A stretch of 64,000 nt of DNA from NCBI GenBank assembly GCA_046732895.1, contig JBKPNZ010000024.1, positions 2,943 through 66,942 of the forward strand. Reading direction: 5' to 3'. Every line of letters begins with the position of its first letter. Position 1 is the first letter of the stretch. Origin of the DNA: Actinomycetota bacterium. GTDB lineage: Bacteria > Actinomycetota > Thermoleophilia > Solirubrobacterales > 70-9. The notes under the pieces were generated by a model. It was not told where the DNA came from and made no database searches. It saw nothing but the letters and a program-made list of their open reading frames with translations. Below, one piece after another: positions 17,896 to 26,361 of the stretch. The position numbers and the translations under genes are program-made.

Positions 17896-18573
17896 ATGCC
17901 CTGGGATGAGTTGAAGCCACGGCAGTTCCCGGCGTTCGAGAAGGATCTCGACGGGATCTCCAAGCAGACGATGGAGGACCACTACAAGCTCTATGAGGGC
18001 TACGCCAAAAAGGCGAACGAGTGCCGCAAGATCCTCAACGAGTTCGACTACTCGAAGATCGAGGGGAATCAGGTCTACTCCGAGCTGAGGGCAGTGTCGG
18101 TCGACTACACGTTCGCGCTGCTCGGCTACAAGAACCACGACCTGTATTTCGGCCACCTGGGTGGGGACGGTGGCGATCCTGACGGCCGCTTCGCCGAGCT
18201 AGCCGAGGAGGAGTTCAACGGCCTCGGCAAGTGGTTCGACTCCGTCAAGAAGGCGGCAAGCGCTGCACGCGGATGGGTGATGGTCGGCTACGACCTGAAC
18301 GACGGCTCGCTGTTCAACTACATCATGGACAGCCAGAACCTTTGGGCCGTCTACAACATGGTCCCCGTGCTGGCGCTGGATGTTTATGAGCACGCGTACG
18401 TGCGCGACTTCGGCGCAACGCCCGACGGCCGCAAGGAGTACGTCGAGGCGTTCTTCCGAAACGTCGACTGGGACCACGTGAATCGCCAGCTGGTCCAGGC
18501 GGAAGCAGCCAAGGAGGGCGCAGACCGAAGCGGAGCGCGCGAAGCCGCCGAGTTCGCGCCGGCGCAGGGCTGA
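17896..18573 (+). CDS. Fe/Mn superoxide dismutase family protein (divergent N-terminal domain)
   Basis: ATG 17896 is preceded by GGAAGGAGGG. 225 aa. C-terminal metal motif LDVYEHAY, plus NHDLYF and the N-terminal His in EDHYKLY. The canonical HHxKHH is reduced. Confidence 0.75.
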   Translation: MPWDELKPRQFPAFEKDLDGISKQTMEDHYKLYEGYAKKANECRKILNEFDYSKIEGNQVYSELRAVSVDYTFALLGYKNHDLYFGHLGGDGGDPDGRFAELAEEEFNGLGKWFDSVKKAASAARGWVMVGYDLNDGSLFNYIMDSQNLWAVYNMVPVLALDVYEHAYVRDFGATPDGRKEYVEAFFRNVDWDHVNRQLVQAEAAKEGADRSGAREAAEFAPAQG

Positions 18574-18645
18574 GCTCGCGTCCGACCCGGGCTTCGGCCC
18601 AGTCTGATTCGACTCCGCTTAGCGCCGAGCGGCGACTCAGCGGAC

Positions 18646-18676
18646 GGGAGGACGGCTCTTCAGGGGCCGTCCTCTC
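18646..18676 (+). terminator. Hairpin after the SOD-like gene
   Basis: GGGAGGACGGC-loop-GCCGTCCTCTCC followed by ACTTCTT. Confidence 0.45.
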
Positions 18677-18689
18677 CACTTCTTGGGCC

Positions 18690-18718
18690 TTGACTGCGGG
18701 GCGTTTTCGGGTTTACTT
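18690..18718 (+). promoter_or_regulatory. Candidate promoter giving a (near-)leaderless transcript of the DUF2294 gene
   Basis: TTGACT (18690-18695), a 17-nt spacer, then TTACTT (18713-18718). The ATG at 18727 lies only 8 nt after the -10-like hexamer and has no Shine-Dalgarno. The -10 match is weak. Confidence 0.3.
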
Positions 18719-18726
18719 CCGTGTGA

Positions 18727-19101
18727 ATGGCGATCGTCGAGGAGAAGCCGAGCGCAGGGAATCTCAACCGCGAGATTTCGCGGGCGATGGTCGCCCTCTT
18801 CAAGGAGTACGTCGGCCGCGGCCCGACGCACGCTCGCAGTTACGTCCACGACGACCTCGTGGTCGTCGTCCTCCAGGACACGATGATCAAAGCCGAGAAG
18901 ACGCTCGCCGACGAGGGCGAGGAAGACCTCGTCCGCGGCGTCCGGCGAGTCTTCCAGGGGAAGTTCCGCGAGGACGCGAACTCGATCATCGAGCGGCTCA
19001 CGGGCAGGAAGGTCGTGTGCTTCCTCTCCGACCACGCGATCGACGAGGACGTGGCCATCGAGGCCTTCGTGCTCACGCCTGAGCCGCAAACAGACGTTTA
19101 G
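18727..19101 (+). CDS. DUF2294 domain protein
   Basis: 124 aa. EISRAMVALFKEYVGRGPTHARSYVHDDLVVVVLQD... matches my recollection of the DUF2294 family pattern. Confidence 0.7.
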   Translation: MAIVEEKPSAGNLNREISRAMVALFKEYVGRGPTHARSYVHDDLVVVVLQDTMIKAEKTLADEGEEDLVRGVRRVFQGKFREDANSIIERLTGRKVVCFLSDHAIDEDVAIEAFVLTPEPQTDV

Positions 19102-19302
19102 CGCCCCTCGGCGCGCGGGTACCTTGCGTTCAGGCCTGGCGACCGTCAGCGTCGCCCGCTTCCGCTAAAAGCGATCAAGCCAGTCCACGGACCCCTGGGG
19201 GGCCTCCGTTCGGGCGGTTCCATCGCAGGCACAACCGCAACCTCCGGAAAGGGATGTGAATGACGCAGCCTGCACCCATTGATCAGCTCTGGCGGTGCCC
19301 TC

Positions 19303-20181
19303 ATGCCTACTGAGGCACCGGAAAGGCAAATCTCGACACCGACCCGTCGGGCGCCGATGGAGGCGCGCCGGAACGGCCACGCGAGCCCGAGCAATCGCGC
19401 TCACGAGGAACTGCTCCTACGCCGCTACGCGAAGACGCACGAGCCTCACCTGAAGGAGGAGCTCGCCGAGCGGTTCATGCCGCTGGCGCGCTCGCTGGCG
19501 ATGCGATACCGAGGTGGCTCGGAGCCGCTCGAGGATCTGATCCAGGTGGCAAGCCTGGGATTGGTGAAGGCGCTCGACGGCTATGACCCGGCGCTGGGTC
19601 GCTCCTTCACCGCGTATGCGGTGCCCACGATGCTGGGCGAGCTGCGCCGCCACTTCCGCGATCGTGTGTGGAACGTTCACCTCCCGCGCGGTCTGCAGGA
19701 GCGGGCGATGGACGTGAGCGATGCGATCCAGAAGCTGAGCGACGAGCACGGCGCCTCACCGACGGTCGGGCAGATCGCCGAGAAGCTCGAAGCCTCCGAG
19801 GAGGAGGTTCTGGAGGCGCTGCAGGCCGATGCCGCGCGGCGCACGCTCTCGCTCGACGTGCCGCAGGGCCGGGACGACGCCGAATCCGCCCCGATGATGG
19901 AGGCGATCGGCGGCAGCGAGCTCGGCTATGAGGCCGTGGAGTCGCAGCTGGCCGCGACCCAGGCGGATCTCGACGAGCGCGAGCTGCTCGTGCTGCGCCT
20001 GCGCTTCGGCCGTGATCTCAACCAGTACGAGATCGGCCGCCGCCTGGGCGTCTCGCAGATGCAGATCTCACGAATCATGCGGCGTGCACTGCGCAAGCTG
20101 CTGGACGCGGTTCAGGACGACGAGCTGCCTGAGTCGATGCGGCAGGCCGTCTCTGAGAACGGCGTCCCCGCCGCCGTTTGA
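19303..20181 (+). CDS. RNA polymerase sigma factor, SigB/SigF-like (group 3 sigma-70)
   Basis: Region 2 (DLIQVASLGLVKALDGYDP, TAYAVPTMLGELRRHFRD), region 3, and the region 4 HTH (QYEIGRRLGVSQMQISRIMRRAL). The start is uncertain (TTG 19279, ATG 19303 or a later ATG). Confidence 0.85.
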   Translation: MPTEAPERQISTPTRRAPMEARRNGHASPSNRAHEELLLRRYAKTHEPHLKEELAERFMPLARSLAMRYRGGSEPLEDLIQVASLGLVKALDGYDPALGRSFTAYAVPTMLGELRRHFRDRVWNVHLPRGLQERAMDVSDAIQKLSDEHGASPTVGQIAEKLEASEEEVLEALQADAARRTLSLDVPQGRDDAESAPMMEAIGGSELGYEAVESQLAATQADLDERELLVLRLRFGRDLNQYEIGRRLGVSQMQISRIMRRALRKLLDAVQDDELPESMRQAVSENGVPAAV

Positions 20182-20241
20182 GGGTGTTCCGGCAGGTAAT
20201 CGCGGGCGCAAACCGAGGACGCCTTCGGGCGTCAAGCGCCC

Positions 20242-21435
20242 TCAGCGCGCCGGCGGACCCCGCACATCGCCGTGCCGGACCTGACCGCGGTTCTCGCCGT
20301 ACATGCGGGTCTCGGATGCGATCGTCACGGCGAGGGCGGTGCTGACCGCGGCCAGCACGACAAGCGGTGGCAGCACCGTCGCGATCGGCACGCAGGCGAG
20401 GAGCCCGAGCGCGAGGCCGAACCGCCGCCGGCTGATCGTGTGCACGTGCCGGTAGCGGAACCCGACCAGGCCGAGTAGATAGACCGCGACCCCTCCAAGC
20501 AGGGCGAAGGCCACGACGGCGTCGAGCTCCGCGTCCACGTCGGCGAGGATCAGCTTCATCCCCAGCGCCAGCAGGATGATCCCGGCCACCATCGGGAAGT
20601 GCATGTAGGAGTAGGAGTCGCGGGCGAGCTCGTTGCGGACGCGGCCCTCCGGCGCGTCGGCCAGCCGCCGGGCGGACACGATCGCGACGATGTCGAAATA
20701 CATCCACCACAAGGCCGCCGCGACCGCGATGCCGAGCACGGCGGCCGTGGTGATCCCCGCCGTCAAATGACCGGAGGCACCCGCCCCGATCGCGACGATC
20801 GACTCTCCCAGGGCGATGATGATGATGAGGCCATGCCGCTCGGCGAAGTGCCCCGGCACGAGCTTCCAGCCCTCGGAGCCGAAGAAATACGGCCCGGCCA
20901 TGTCGAGTCCGACCGCCACGATCCACACGGCGGCCTGTGCCGCGCCGTCAAACGCGGACGCGGTCGCCAGGAGCCCAACCCCGATCGCCGTCCCGACGGC
21001 AAGCGAGATCACCGACCGGCGCAGGTTCGGATCGTCGCGGCTGGCCAGCATGAACAGGCCGATGTGGGCGATGCGGACGAACCCGTAGGCGAGTGCAAAC
21101 TCGAGGGCGAGGGCCCCGAAGGCCTCCGGCACACAGAGCGCCGCGATCAGGAACGACGCCATGGCTCCGAACATCACGAGACGCACGGCGCCCTCCTCGG
21201 GGTCGACGACGCTCGTCAGCCACGCATAGCCGACCCACGACCACCACAGCACGGCCAGCACTAAAAGCCCCTGCTCGAGCCCCTCCCAGGTCGGGTGGTG
21301 GGCCATCAGCGTCGTGCACTGAGTGATCGCGAGCACGAACACCAGGTCGAAGAAGAGCTCGAGCGGCGTTACGCGCTCGTCTCCTCGCAGGACCGCGCTC
21401 AGTCGACGACGCTGCTCCGCCTCTGCAATGGCCAT
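20242..21435 (-). CDS. Low-temperature-requirement A (LtrA) family membrane protein
   Basis: 397 aa and polytopic. N-terminal TPLELFFDLVFVLAITQ motif typical of LtrA. Confidence 0.75.
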   Translation of the reverse strand: MAIAEAEQRRRLSAVLRGDERVTPLELFFDLVFVLAITQCTTLMAHHPTWEGLEQGLLVLAVLWWSWVGYAWLTSVVDPEEGAVRLVMFGAMASFLIAALCVPEAFGALALEFALAYGFVRIAHIGLFMLASRDDPNLRRSVISLAVGTAIGVGLLATASAFDGAAQAAVWIVAVGLDMAGPYFFGSEGWKLVPGHFAERHGLIIIIALGESIVAIGAGASGHLTAGITTAAVLGIAVAAALWWMYFDIVAIVSARRLADAPEGRVRNELARDSYSYMHFPMVAGIILLALGMKLILADVDAELDAVVAFALLGGVAVYLLGLVGFRYRHVHTISRRRFGLALGLLACVPIATVLPPLVVLAAVSTALAVTIASETRMYGENRGQVRHGDVRGPPAR

Positions 21436-21510
21436 CGCACCATCCTCGCAAACGGCTTGCTCCCGTCGCCGCCGTCCCGGCCCATCTGCCGCCCGCTACC
21501 CTGAGCGGCC

Positions 21511-22071
21511 GTGATTTCGACCAACCAATTCAAGAACGGCACCCACATCGAGGTGGATGGGTCGATCTACCGGATCGTCGAGTTTCAGCACGTGAAGCCG
21601 GGCAAGGGGGGCGCCTTCGTGCGCACGAAGCTCCGCAGGTTCGACGACGGCTCGGTCCAGGACAAGACCTTCCGCGCGGGTGAGAAGTTCCGGCCCGTGC
21701 GCACCGAGACTCGGCGGATGCAGTACCTCTACGACTCCGGCGACACGGCCGTCTTCATGGACAGCGACACCTACGACCAGCTCGAGATCCCGCGCGATTC
21801 GGCCGGCGATGAGATGCAGTGGGTGCTCCCGAACGACACTGTCGACATCCTCTTCGTGGACGACCGTCCTGCCGGCGTGCAGGTTCCCAGCGCCGTCGAG
21901 CTCAAGGTCGTCACCACCGATCCCGGCGTGCGGGGCGACACGGTCTCCGGCGGCGGCACGAAGCCCGCGACCCTGGAGACCGGCGTCCAGGTGCAGGTGC
22001 CGCTCTTCATCGACGAGGGCGAGAAGGTGCGCGTCGACACCCGCAGCGGCGAGTACGTCTCGCGCGCCTGA
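21511..22071 (+). CDS. efp: Elongation factor P
   Basis: 186 aa with a GTG start. MISTNQFKNGTHIEVDG...HVKPGKGGAFVRTKLR is typical of EF-P. Confidence 0.93.
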   Translation: MISTNQFKNGTHIEVDGSIYRIVEFQHVKPGKGGAFVRTKLRRFDDGSVQDKTFRAGEKFRPVRTETRRMQYLYDSGDTAVFMDSDTYDQLEIPRDSAGDEMQWVLPNDTVDILFVDDRPAGVQVPSAVELKVVTTDPGVRGDTVSGGGTKPATLETGVQVQVPLFIDEGEKVRVDTRSGEYVSRA

Positions 22072-22075
22072 GTCA

Positions 22076-22456
22076 ATGTCGCGCCGCTCAGACCAGCGCC
22101 GCGACGCCGTCTTCGCGCTCTACCAGGGCGACGTCACGGGACGGCCTCCAGCCGAGCTCCTGACCGACGCGAAGCCGTTCACGCGCGAGCTCGCCGATGG
22201 CGTGGCCGAACGCCGTGAGGAGCTCGACGCCGAGATCTCAACGCGCTCGCAGGGCTGGGGGCTTGATCGGATCGCTCCGCTGGAGCGCAATGTCCTGCGG
22301 GTGGCCCTTTATGAGATGCACTTCCGCGACGACGTGCCGGTCGAGGTCGCCATCGACGAGGCCGTCACGATCGCCCGCGAGTACTGCGGGGCCGACGCGC
22401 CGGGATTCGTGAACGGGATCCTTGGGGCGGCCGCGAAGGAGCAGAGTCTGTCGTGA
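22076..22456 (+). CDS. nusB: Transcription antitermination factor NusB
   Basis: The in-frame ATG at 22076 gives 126 aa (RRDAVFALYQ...LERNVLRVALYEM...EAVTIAREY). efp-nusB adjacency is conserved. Confidence 0.88.
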   Translation: MSRRSDQRRDAVFALYQGDVTGRPPAELLTDAKPFTRELADGVAERREELDAEISTRSQGWGLDRIAPLERNVLRVALYEMHFRDDVPVEVAIDEAVTIAREYCGADAPGFVNGILGAAAKEQSLS

Positions 22457-22514
22457 GGTGCTTCAGCACCGAAACTCGCGTGTCAGGCGGCGAAGCCGCC
22501 GCCGGTGATTCGTG
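22457..22514 (+). promoter_or_regulatory. Structured intercistronic leader, copy A (two hairpins + SD + start codon)
   Basis: GGTGCTTCAGCACC (5-bp stem, UUCA loop) - GAAA - 12 nt - GGCGGCGAAGCCGCC hairpin - GCCGGTGATTC - GTG. It begins right after the nusB stop. 48/58 nt are identical and gap-free with copy B. Confidence 0.6.
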
Positions 22515-22694
22515 AACGACCCCACGAGCGAGATCCAGGGAATCACCGCCCAGCTGCGGTCCATCGCCGAGCAGCTGCGCGCGCCGGAGCTGGGCGACGA
22601 AGACGCCGAGCGCCTCGCCCGCGAAGCGGCCGACCTGGTGGCGAAGGCCGGCAACGAGCTCGAGCGCGCTCAGAGCGAAGCGCGTGACGAGTGA
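22512..22694 (+). CDS. xseB: Small helical protein, exodeoxyribonuclease VII small subunit (XseB)-like
   Basis: 60 aa with a GTG start in the same register as the dxs ATG in the duplicated leader. The pattern ITAQLRSIAEQLRAPELGDEDAERLAREAADLVAKAGNELERA resembles the XseB helical hairpin. The order xseB-ispA-dxs matches the E. coli operon. Confidence 0.5.
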   Translation: MNDPTSEIQGITAQLRSIAEQLRAPELGDEDAERLAREAADLVAKAGNELERAQSEARDE

Positions 22695-23563
22695 GCGCGT
22701 ACCCCGACGATCTCCAGGAGCTCGTCGAGCGCTACCTGGACGCCCTCCGCTTCTCGTCGCTGGTGGCGACCACTGGCCTGGATGAGGCGATGCGCTACTC
22801 GCTCCTGGCGGGTGGCAAGCGCATCCGCCCGGTCCTGACCCTTGCCACCGCCAGGGCGATCGGCACGGAGCCGCAGGATGTGCTGCCGGCGGCGGCGGCG
22901 ATCGAGCTCATCCATACCTACTCACTCATCCACGACGACCTGCCGGCGATGGATGACGACGCCCTGCGGCGCGGGCGCCCGACCTCACACGTGAAGTACG
23001 GCGAGGACGTGGCGATCCTGGCCGGCGACGGGCTCTTCGCAGAGGCGATTCACGTCTTCAGCGAGCGCCAGAGCGGTGACCCGGCGCGCGTTCTGGCAGC
23101 TCTCGGCGAGCTCGTGCAGGCGACCGGCGTGGGGGGGATGGTCGGCGGCCAGTATGTGGACGTTGCGGGCGGCCAAGACCTCGATGCCGAGCGACTGCGG
23201 GAGCTCCATTCGCTGAAGACGGGCCGACTCATCGCCGCGAGCGTTGGGGTCCCCCTGATCCTCGGCGGCCTCGCTGAAGCTGCCACAATTCCGTACCGGC
23301 GCTTTGCGGACGAGCTGGGCGTCCTCTTCCAGATCGTCGACGACATCCTCGACGTGACCGGATCGGACGAGGAGCTCGGCAAGCCGCGGGGCTCCGACGA
23401 GCGTCATGGCAAGCTCACCTACGTCAGCCTGTTCGGCCTGGAGCGCGCCAGAGAGCTGGCGGCCGAATCTCACGCGAAGGCACGCGAGGCGCTTGCCGAG
23501 GCCGACGGCCAGACCCGCGACCTCGAGCTGATCACCGACTTCATCCACACCCGGCGGACATGA
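22691..23563 (+). CDS. ispA: Polyprenyl (farnesyl/geranylgeranyl) diphosphate synthase
   Basis: 290 aa. First Asp-rich motif LIHDDLPAMDDD and second Asp-rich motif FQIVDDILD. GTGA overlap with the preceding ORF. Confidence 0.9.
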   Translation: MSAYPDDLQELVERYLDALRFSSLVATTGLDEAMRYSLLAGGKRIRPVLTLATARAIGTEPQDVLPAAAAIELIHTYSLIHDDLPAMDDDALRRGRPTSHVKYGEDVAILAGDGLFAEAIHVFSERQSGDPARVLAALGELVQATGVGGMVGGQYVDVAGGQDLDAERLRELHSLKTGRLIAASVGVPLILGGLAEAATIPYRRFADELGVLFQIVDDILDVTGSDEELGKPRGSDERHGKLTYVSLFGLERARELAAESHAKAREALAEADGQTRDLELITDFIHTRRT

Positions 23564-23569
23564 AAATGA

Positions 23570-23627
23570 GGTGCTTTAGCACCGAAAGCAGCATGTGGGG
23601 CGGCGAAGCCGCCGCAGGAGATTCATG
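23570..23627 (+). promoter_or_regulatory. Structured intercistronic leader, copy B
   Basis: GGTGCTTTAGCACC - GAAA - 12 nt - GGCGGCGAAGCCGCC - GCAGGAGATTC - ATG. It starts 6 nt after the ispA stop and ends at the dxs start codon. Confidence 0.6.
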
Positions 23628-25634
23628 AGCGAAGAGACGCGGCAGGACGAGCGAAACGAGGAGCCGCTCCTCCCGGACATCGATGGCCCGGACGACTTGA
23701 AGGGCCTCGACGATGACGAGCTCCAGGCAGTCGCCCAGGAGGTCCGCGAGCTCATCATCGACGTGATCGGCGAGATCGGCGGGCACTTCGGCGCCAACCT
23801 CGGCACCTGCGAGCTCGCCGTCGTCCTGCACAGCCTGCTCGACTCGCCCCGCGACAAGATCCTCTGGGACGTCGGCCACCAGGCCTACCCGCACAAGGTC
23901 CTCACCGGCCGCCGCGACCAGCTGGACACGATCCGCAAGTACGGCGGGCTGGCTCCCTTCTGCTCGGTGTTCGAGTCCGAGCACGACATCATGGGCGCCG
24001 GCCACGCCTCCACCTCGATCGGCTACGCCGTCGGCCTGAAGGAGGCGATGCGCAAGGGCATCGGCGAGGACGGCAAGGTCGTCGCGGTCATCGGCGACGG
24101 CGCGCTCACCGGCGGCGTCGCCTTCGAGGCCCTTCACAACGCGGGCGGGTTGCAGACGCCGATCGTGATCGTGCTGAACGACAATGGGATGTCGATCTCG
24201 CCGAACGTCGGTGCGCTCTCGAGCTACTTCCAGCGGATGCGCCTGAACCCGCGCCTCTTCCACGCGCGCGAGGACGTCGAGGAGCGCCTGACCAAGCTGC
24301 CGCTCGGCCTCGGCCGGCGGATCGAGAAGCTCGGCCCCGAGCTGAAGGCCGCGATCAAGGCCTACGCCGCTCCCGGGCTGATCTTCGAGGAGCTCGACCT
24401 CGTCTACACAGGGCCGATCGACGGTCACGACGTTCCCGCTCTGCGCCGCGCGATGGCCGACGCGCTGCGCGCGGACCGGCCGGTTGTCGTCCACATCCAG
24501 ACGGTCAAGGGGAAGGGATTCGCTCCCGCCGAGGAGGGCGGCCTGGAGGGGATGGAGAAGTGGCACGCGGCGAAGCCCGGATCGATCAAGGACCGACGCC
24601 CGGCTCCGAAAAAGGAAACCGATTCCCCCGAGCCGATCGAGAAGCTCGAGCCGCCGCCTCCGAAGGACCCGCCCCAGTACACACAGGTCTTCGCGGACGC
24701 CCTGGTCAAGGAGGCCGGCCGCGACCGTCGCGTCATCGGCATCACCGCGGCGATGGCGGGGGGCACGGGTCTCAACAAGCTGTGCAAGGAGCTGCCCGAG
24801 CAGTACTACGACGTCGGCATCGCCGAGCAGGACGCCGTGCTGTTCGCCGCCGGCCTTGCGCTCCAGGGAGCGAAGCCGGTGTGCGCCATCTACTCGACCT
24901 TCCTGCAGAGAGCGTTCGATCAGATCGTCCACGACGTCTGCCTGCAGAAACTGAACGTCGTCTTCGCGATGGACCGCGCCGGCCTGGTCGGCGACGACGG
25001 CCCCACGCATCACGGCGCCTTCGACATCTCCTACTTCCGGCCGCTTCCCAATGTGGTGCTCATGGCTCCGCGAAACGAGGCGATGCTCGCTCACATGCTG
25101 CGGACGGCCCTCGCCTATGACGATGGGCCGATCGCGCTGCGCTACCCGCGCGGCGCGGCCGAGGGAGCGCCGATGCCCGACCGCCCCGAGGTCATCCCGA
25201 TCGGCACCGGCGAGGTCCTGCGCGAGGGATCGCGCGTCGCGCTGGTCGGCTACGGCTACGGGGTCAGCGTCTGCCTCGACGCGGCCGAGCGCCTGCGCGA
25301 GCACGATCTGGCGCCAACGGTCGCCGACGCGCGGTTCGCGAAGCCGCTCGACACGGAGCTCATGACCCGGCTGGCTGCCGACCACGAGCTGGTGGTCACG
25401 GTGGAGGAGAACGTCCTGCCCGGCGGGTTCGGCGCCGCCGTCCTCGAGCACGTGGAGGACACGTTCACGGGGCCCGAGTCACGCCGCGCGCGCGTGGTCC
25501 GCATCGGCCTCCCGGACCGCTACGTCACGCATGGAAAGCCGGCGCTGCTCCGCGAGGAGGTCGGCCTCACGGGCGAGGCCGTCGCCGAGCGCATCCTGTC
25601 CGCGGTCGGCTCGCGCGATCGGGCCGTCCGCTAG
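23625..25634 (+). CDS. dxs: 1-deoxy-D-xylulose-5-phosphate synthase
   Basis: The in-frame ATG at 23625 is preceded by GGAG. GGHFGANLG and the TPP motif IGDGALTGGVAFEALHNAG are present, with transketolase-like central and C-terminal domains. Confidence 0.93.
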   Translation: MSEETRQDERNEEPLLPDIDGPDDLKGLDDDELQAVAQEVRELIIDVIGEIGGHFGANLGTCELAVVLHSLLDSPRDKILWDVGHQAYPHKVLTGRRDQLDTIRKYGGLAPFCSVFESEHDIMGAGHASTSIGYAVGLKEAMRKGIGEDGKVVAVIGDGALTGGVAFEALHNAGGLQTPIVIVLNDNGMSISPNVGALSSYFQRMRLNPRLFHAREDVEERLTKLPLGLGRRIEKLGPELKAAIKAYAAPGLIFEELDLVYTGPIDGHDVPALRRAMADALRADRPVVVHIQTVKGKGFAPAEEGGLEGMEKWHAAKPGSIKDRRPAPKKETDSPEPIEKLEPPPPKDPPQYTQVFADALVKEAGRDRRVIGITAAMAGGTGLNKLCKELPEQYYDVGIAEQDAVLFAAGLALQGAKPVCAIYSTFLQRAFDQIVHDVCLQKLNVVFAMDRAGLVGDDGPTHHGAFDISYFRPLPNVVLMAPRNEAMLAHMLRTALAYDDGPIALRYPRGAAEGAPMPDRPEVIPIGTGEVLREGSRVALVGYGYGVSVCLDAAERLREHDLAPTVADARFAKPLDTELMTRLAADHELVVTVEENVLPGGFGAAVLEHVEDTFTGPESRRARVVRIGLPDRYVTHGKPALLREEVGLTGEAVAERILSAVGSRDRAVR

Positions 25635-25921
25635 AAGCGGATCACGTCCTTCGGGACCCACCAGCTTTCGACCGTGCGGTCGAGATGGCGCCCGCGCTGC
25701 AGGCCGCCGCGCTCGACGCTGGTTTCGACGCCGCCGCCCACCTCTTCCAGCGCCTTGAGTGCGAGCTCCCGCGCCTCCGCCTTGCCGGCGCCGCCGTTGC
25801 GCAGGGCGCGCAGCACCCGGTTCTGCTTGACGGAGCACTGTTCCTGCGGCCCGGTGACGCCCATGCGCTGGACGTTTGCTGGATCGGTGATCGCCGCGAC
25901 GGCGTCCTTCAACTCAGGCAC
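25631..25921 (-). CDS. Hypothetical protein
   Basis: 96 aa. Third codon positions are almost all G/C on reading the codons. No family recognised. The stop overlaps the dxs stop within CTAG. Confidence 0.5.
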   Translation of the reverse strand: MPELKDAVAAITDPANVQRMGVTGPQEQCSVKQNRVLRALRNGGAGKAEARELALKALEEVGGGVETSVERGGLQRGRHLDRTVESWWVPKDVIRF

Positions 25922-26044
25922 GCCGGACAGCGTATAGGCGCTGCCAATCGCGGCGGCCGCGGCCAGGCCATCGGGGTTTCAGCCTCGTCCCGGCCGGGGT
26001 AGTGCTGAGCAGGGTCGGTATTGGGGCACGCGACATGGAGGTGG

Positions 26045-26263
26045 ATGCGGATGCCGATGGCAGGTTGCGAGGGTTGTGGCCGGGTCGAGACCATTCCGGG
26101 ACATCCGGAGGCGCGAATCGGGACGATGTACACGGAATGCCCTGAATGCGGCACGCCCCTCCACTGGGTGGGGATACTGGAAGCCGTCTCGCTCGTGCGC
26201 GAGCACCACAAGGCTGACCTGCGTGCGTTGAACGCAACGGACGCCGTCGAAGAGCGCGTGTAG
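26045..26263 (+). CDS. Small zinc-ribbon protein
   Basis: CEGCG...(21 aa)...CPECG motif. GGAGG at ~26037 precedes three closely spaced ATGs (26045/26051/26057). Moderately high GC3. Lies upstream of the STAS gene. Confidence 0.45.
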   Translation: MRMPMAGCEGCGRVETIPGHPEARIGTMYTECPECGTPLHWVGILEAVSLVREHHKADLRALNATDAVEERV

Positions 26264-26361
26264 CTGCCGCCCACGCGAGCGGCGACGCCTGTCTACGGGC
26301 TTGGGTGCGTTCGTGCAGCGGTTGCTTCCAGGTCTCGCGGTCGGATACGTTGGGCTGAGCG

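Noticed and set aside
23541-25451. A 636-aa ORF antisense to dxs. Similar long antisense ORFs lie at 54771..56873 (700 aa, opposite dnaG), 40599..42365 (588 aa, opposite recN/steA), 43942..45891 (649 aa, opposite pyrG), 59594..60646 and 12758..13462.
   Set aside because: Their translations are Arg/Pro/Gly/Ala-rich low-complexity strings with no recognisable motifs. The opposite strand encodes well-recognised proteins with high GC3. Long stop-free antisense frames are expected in high-GC DNA.
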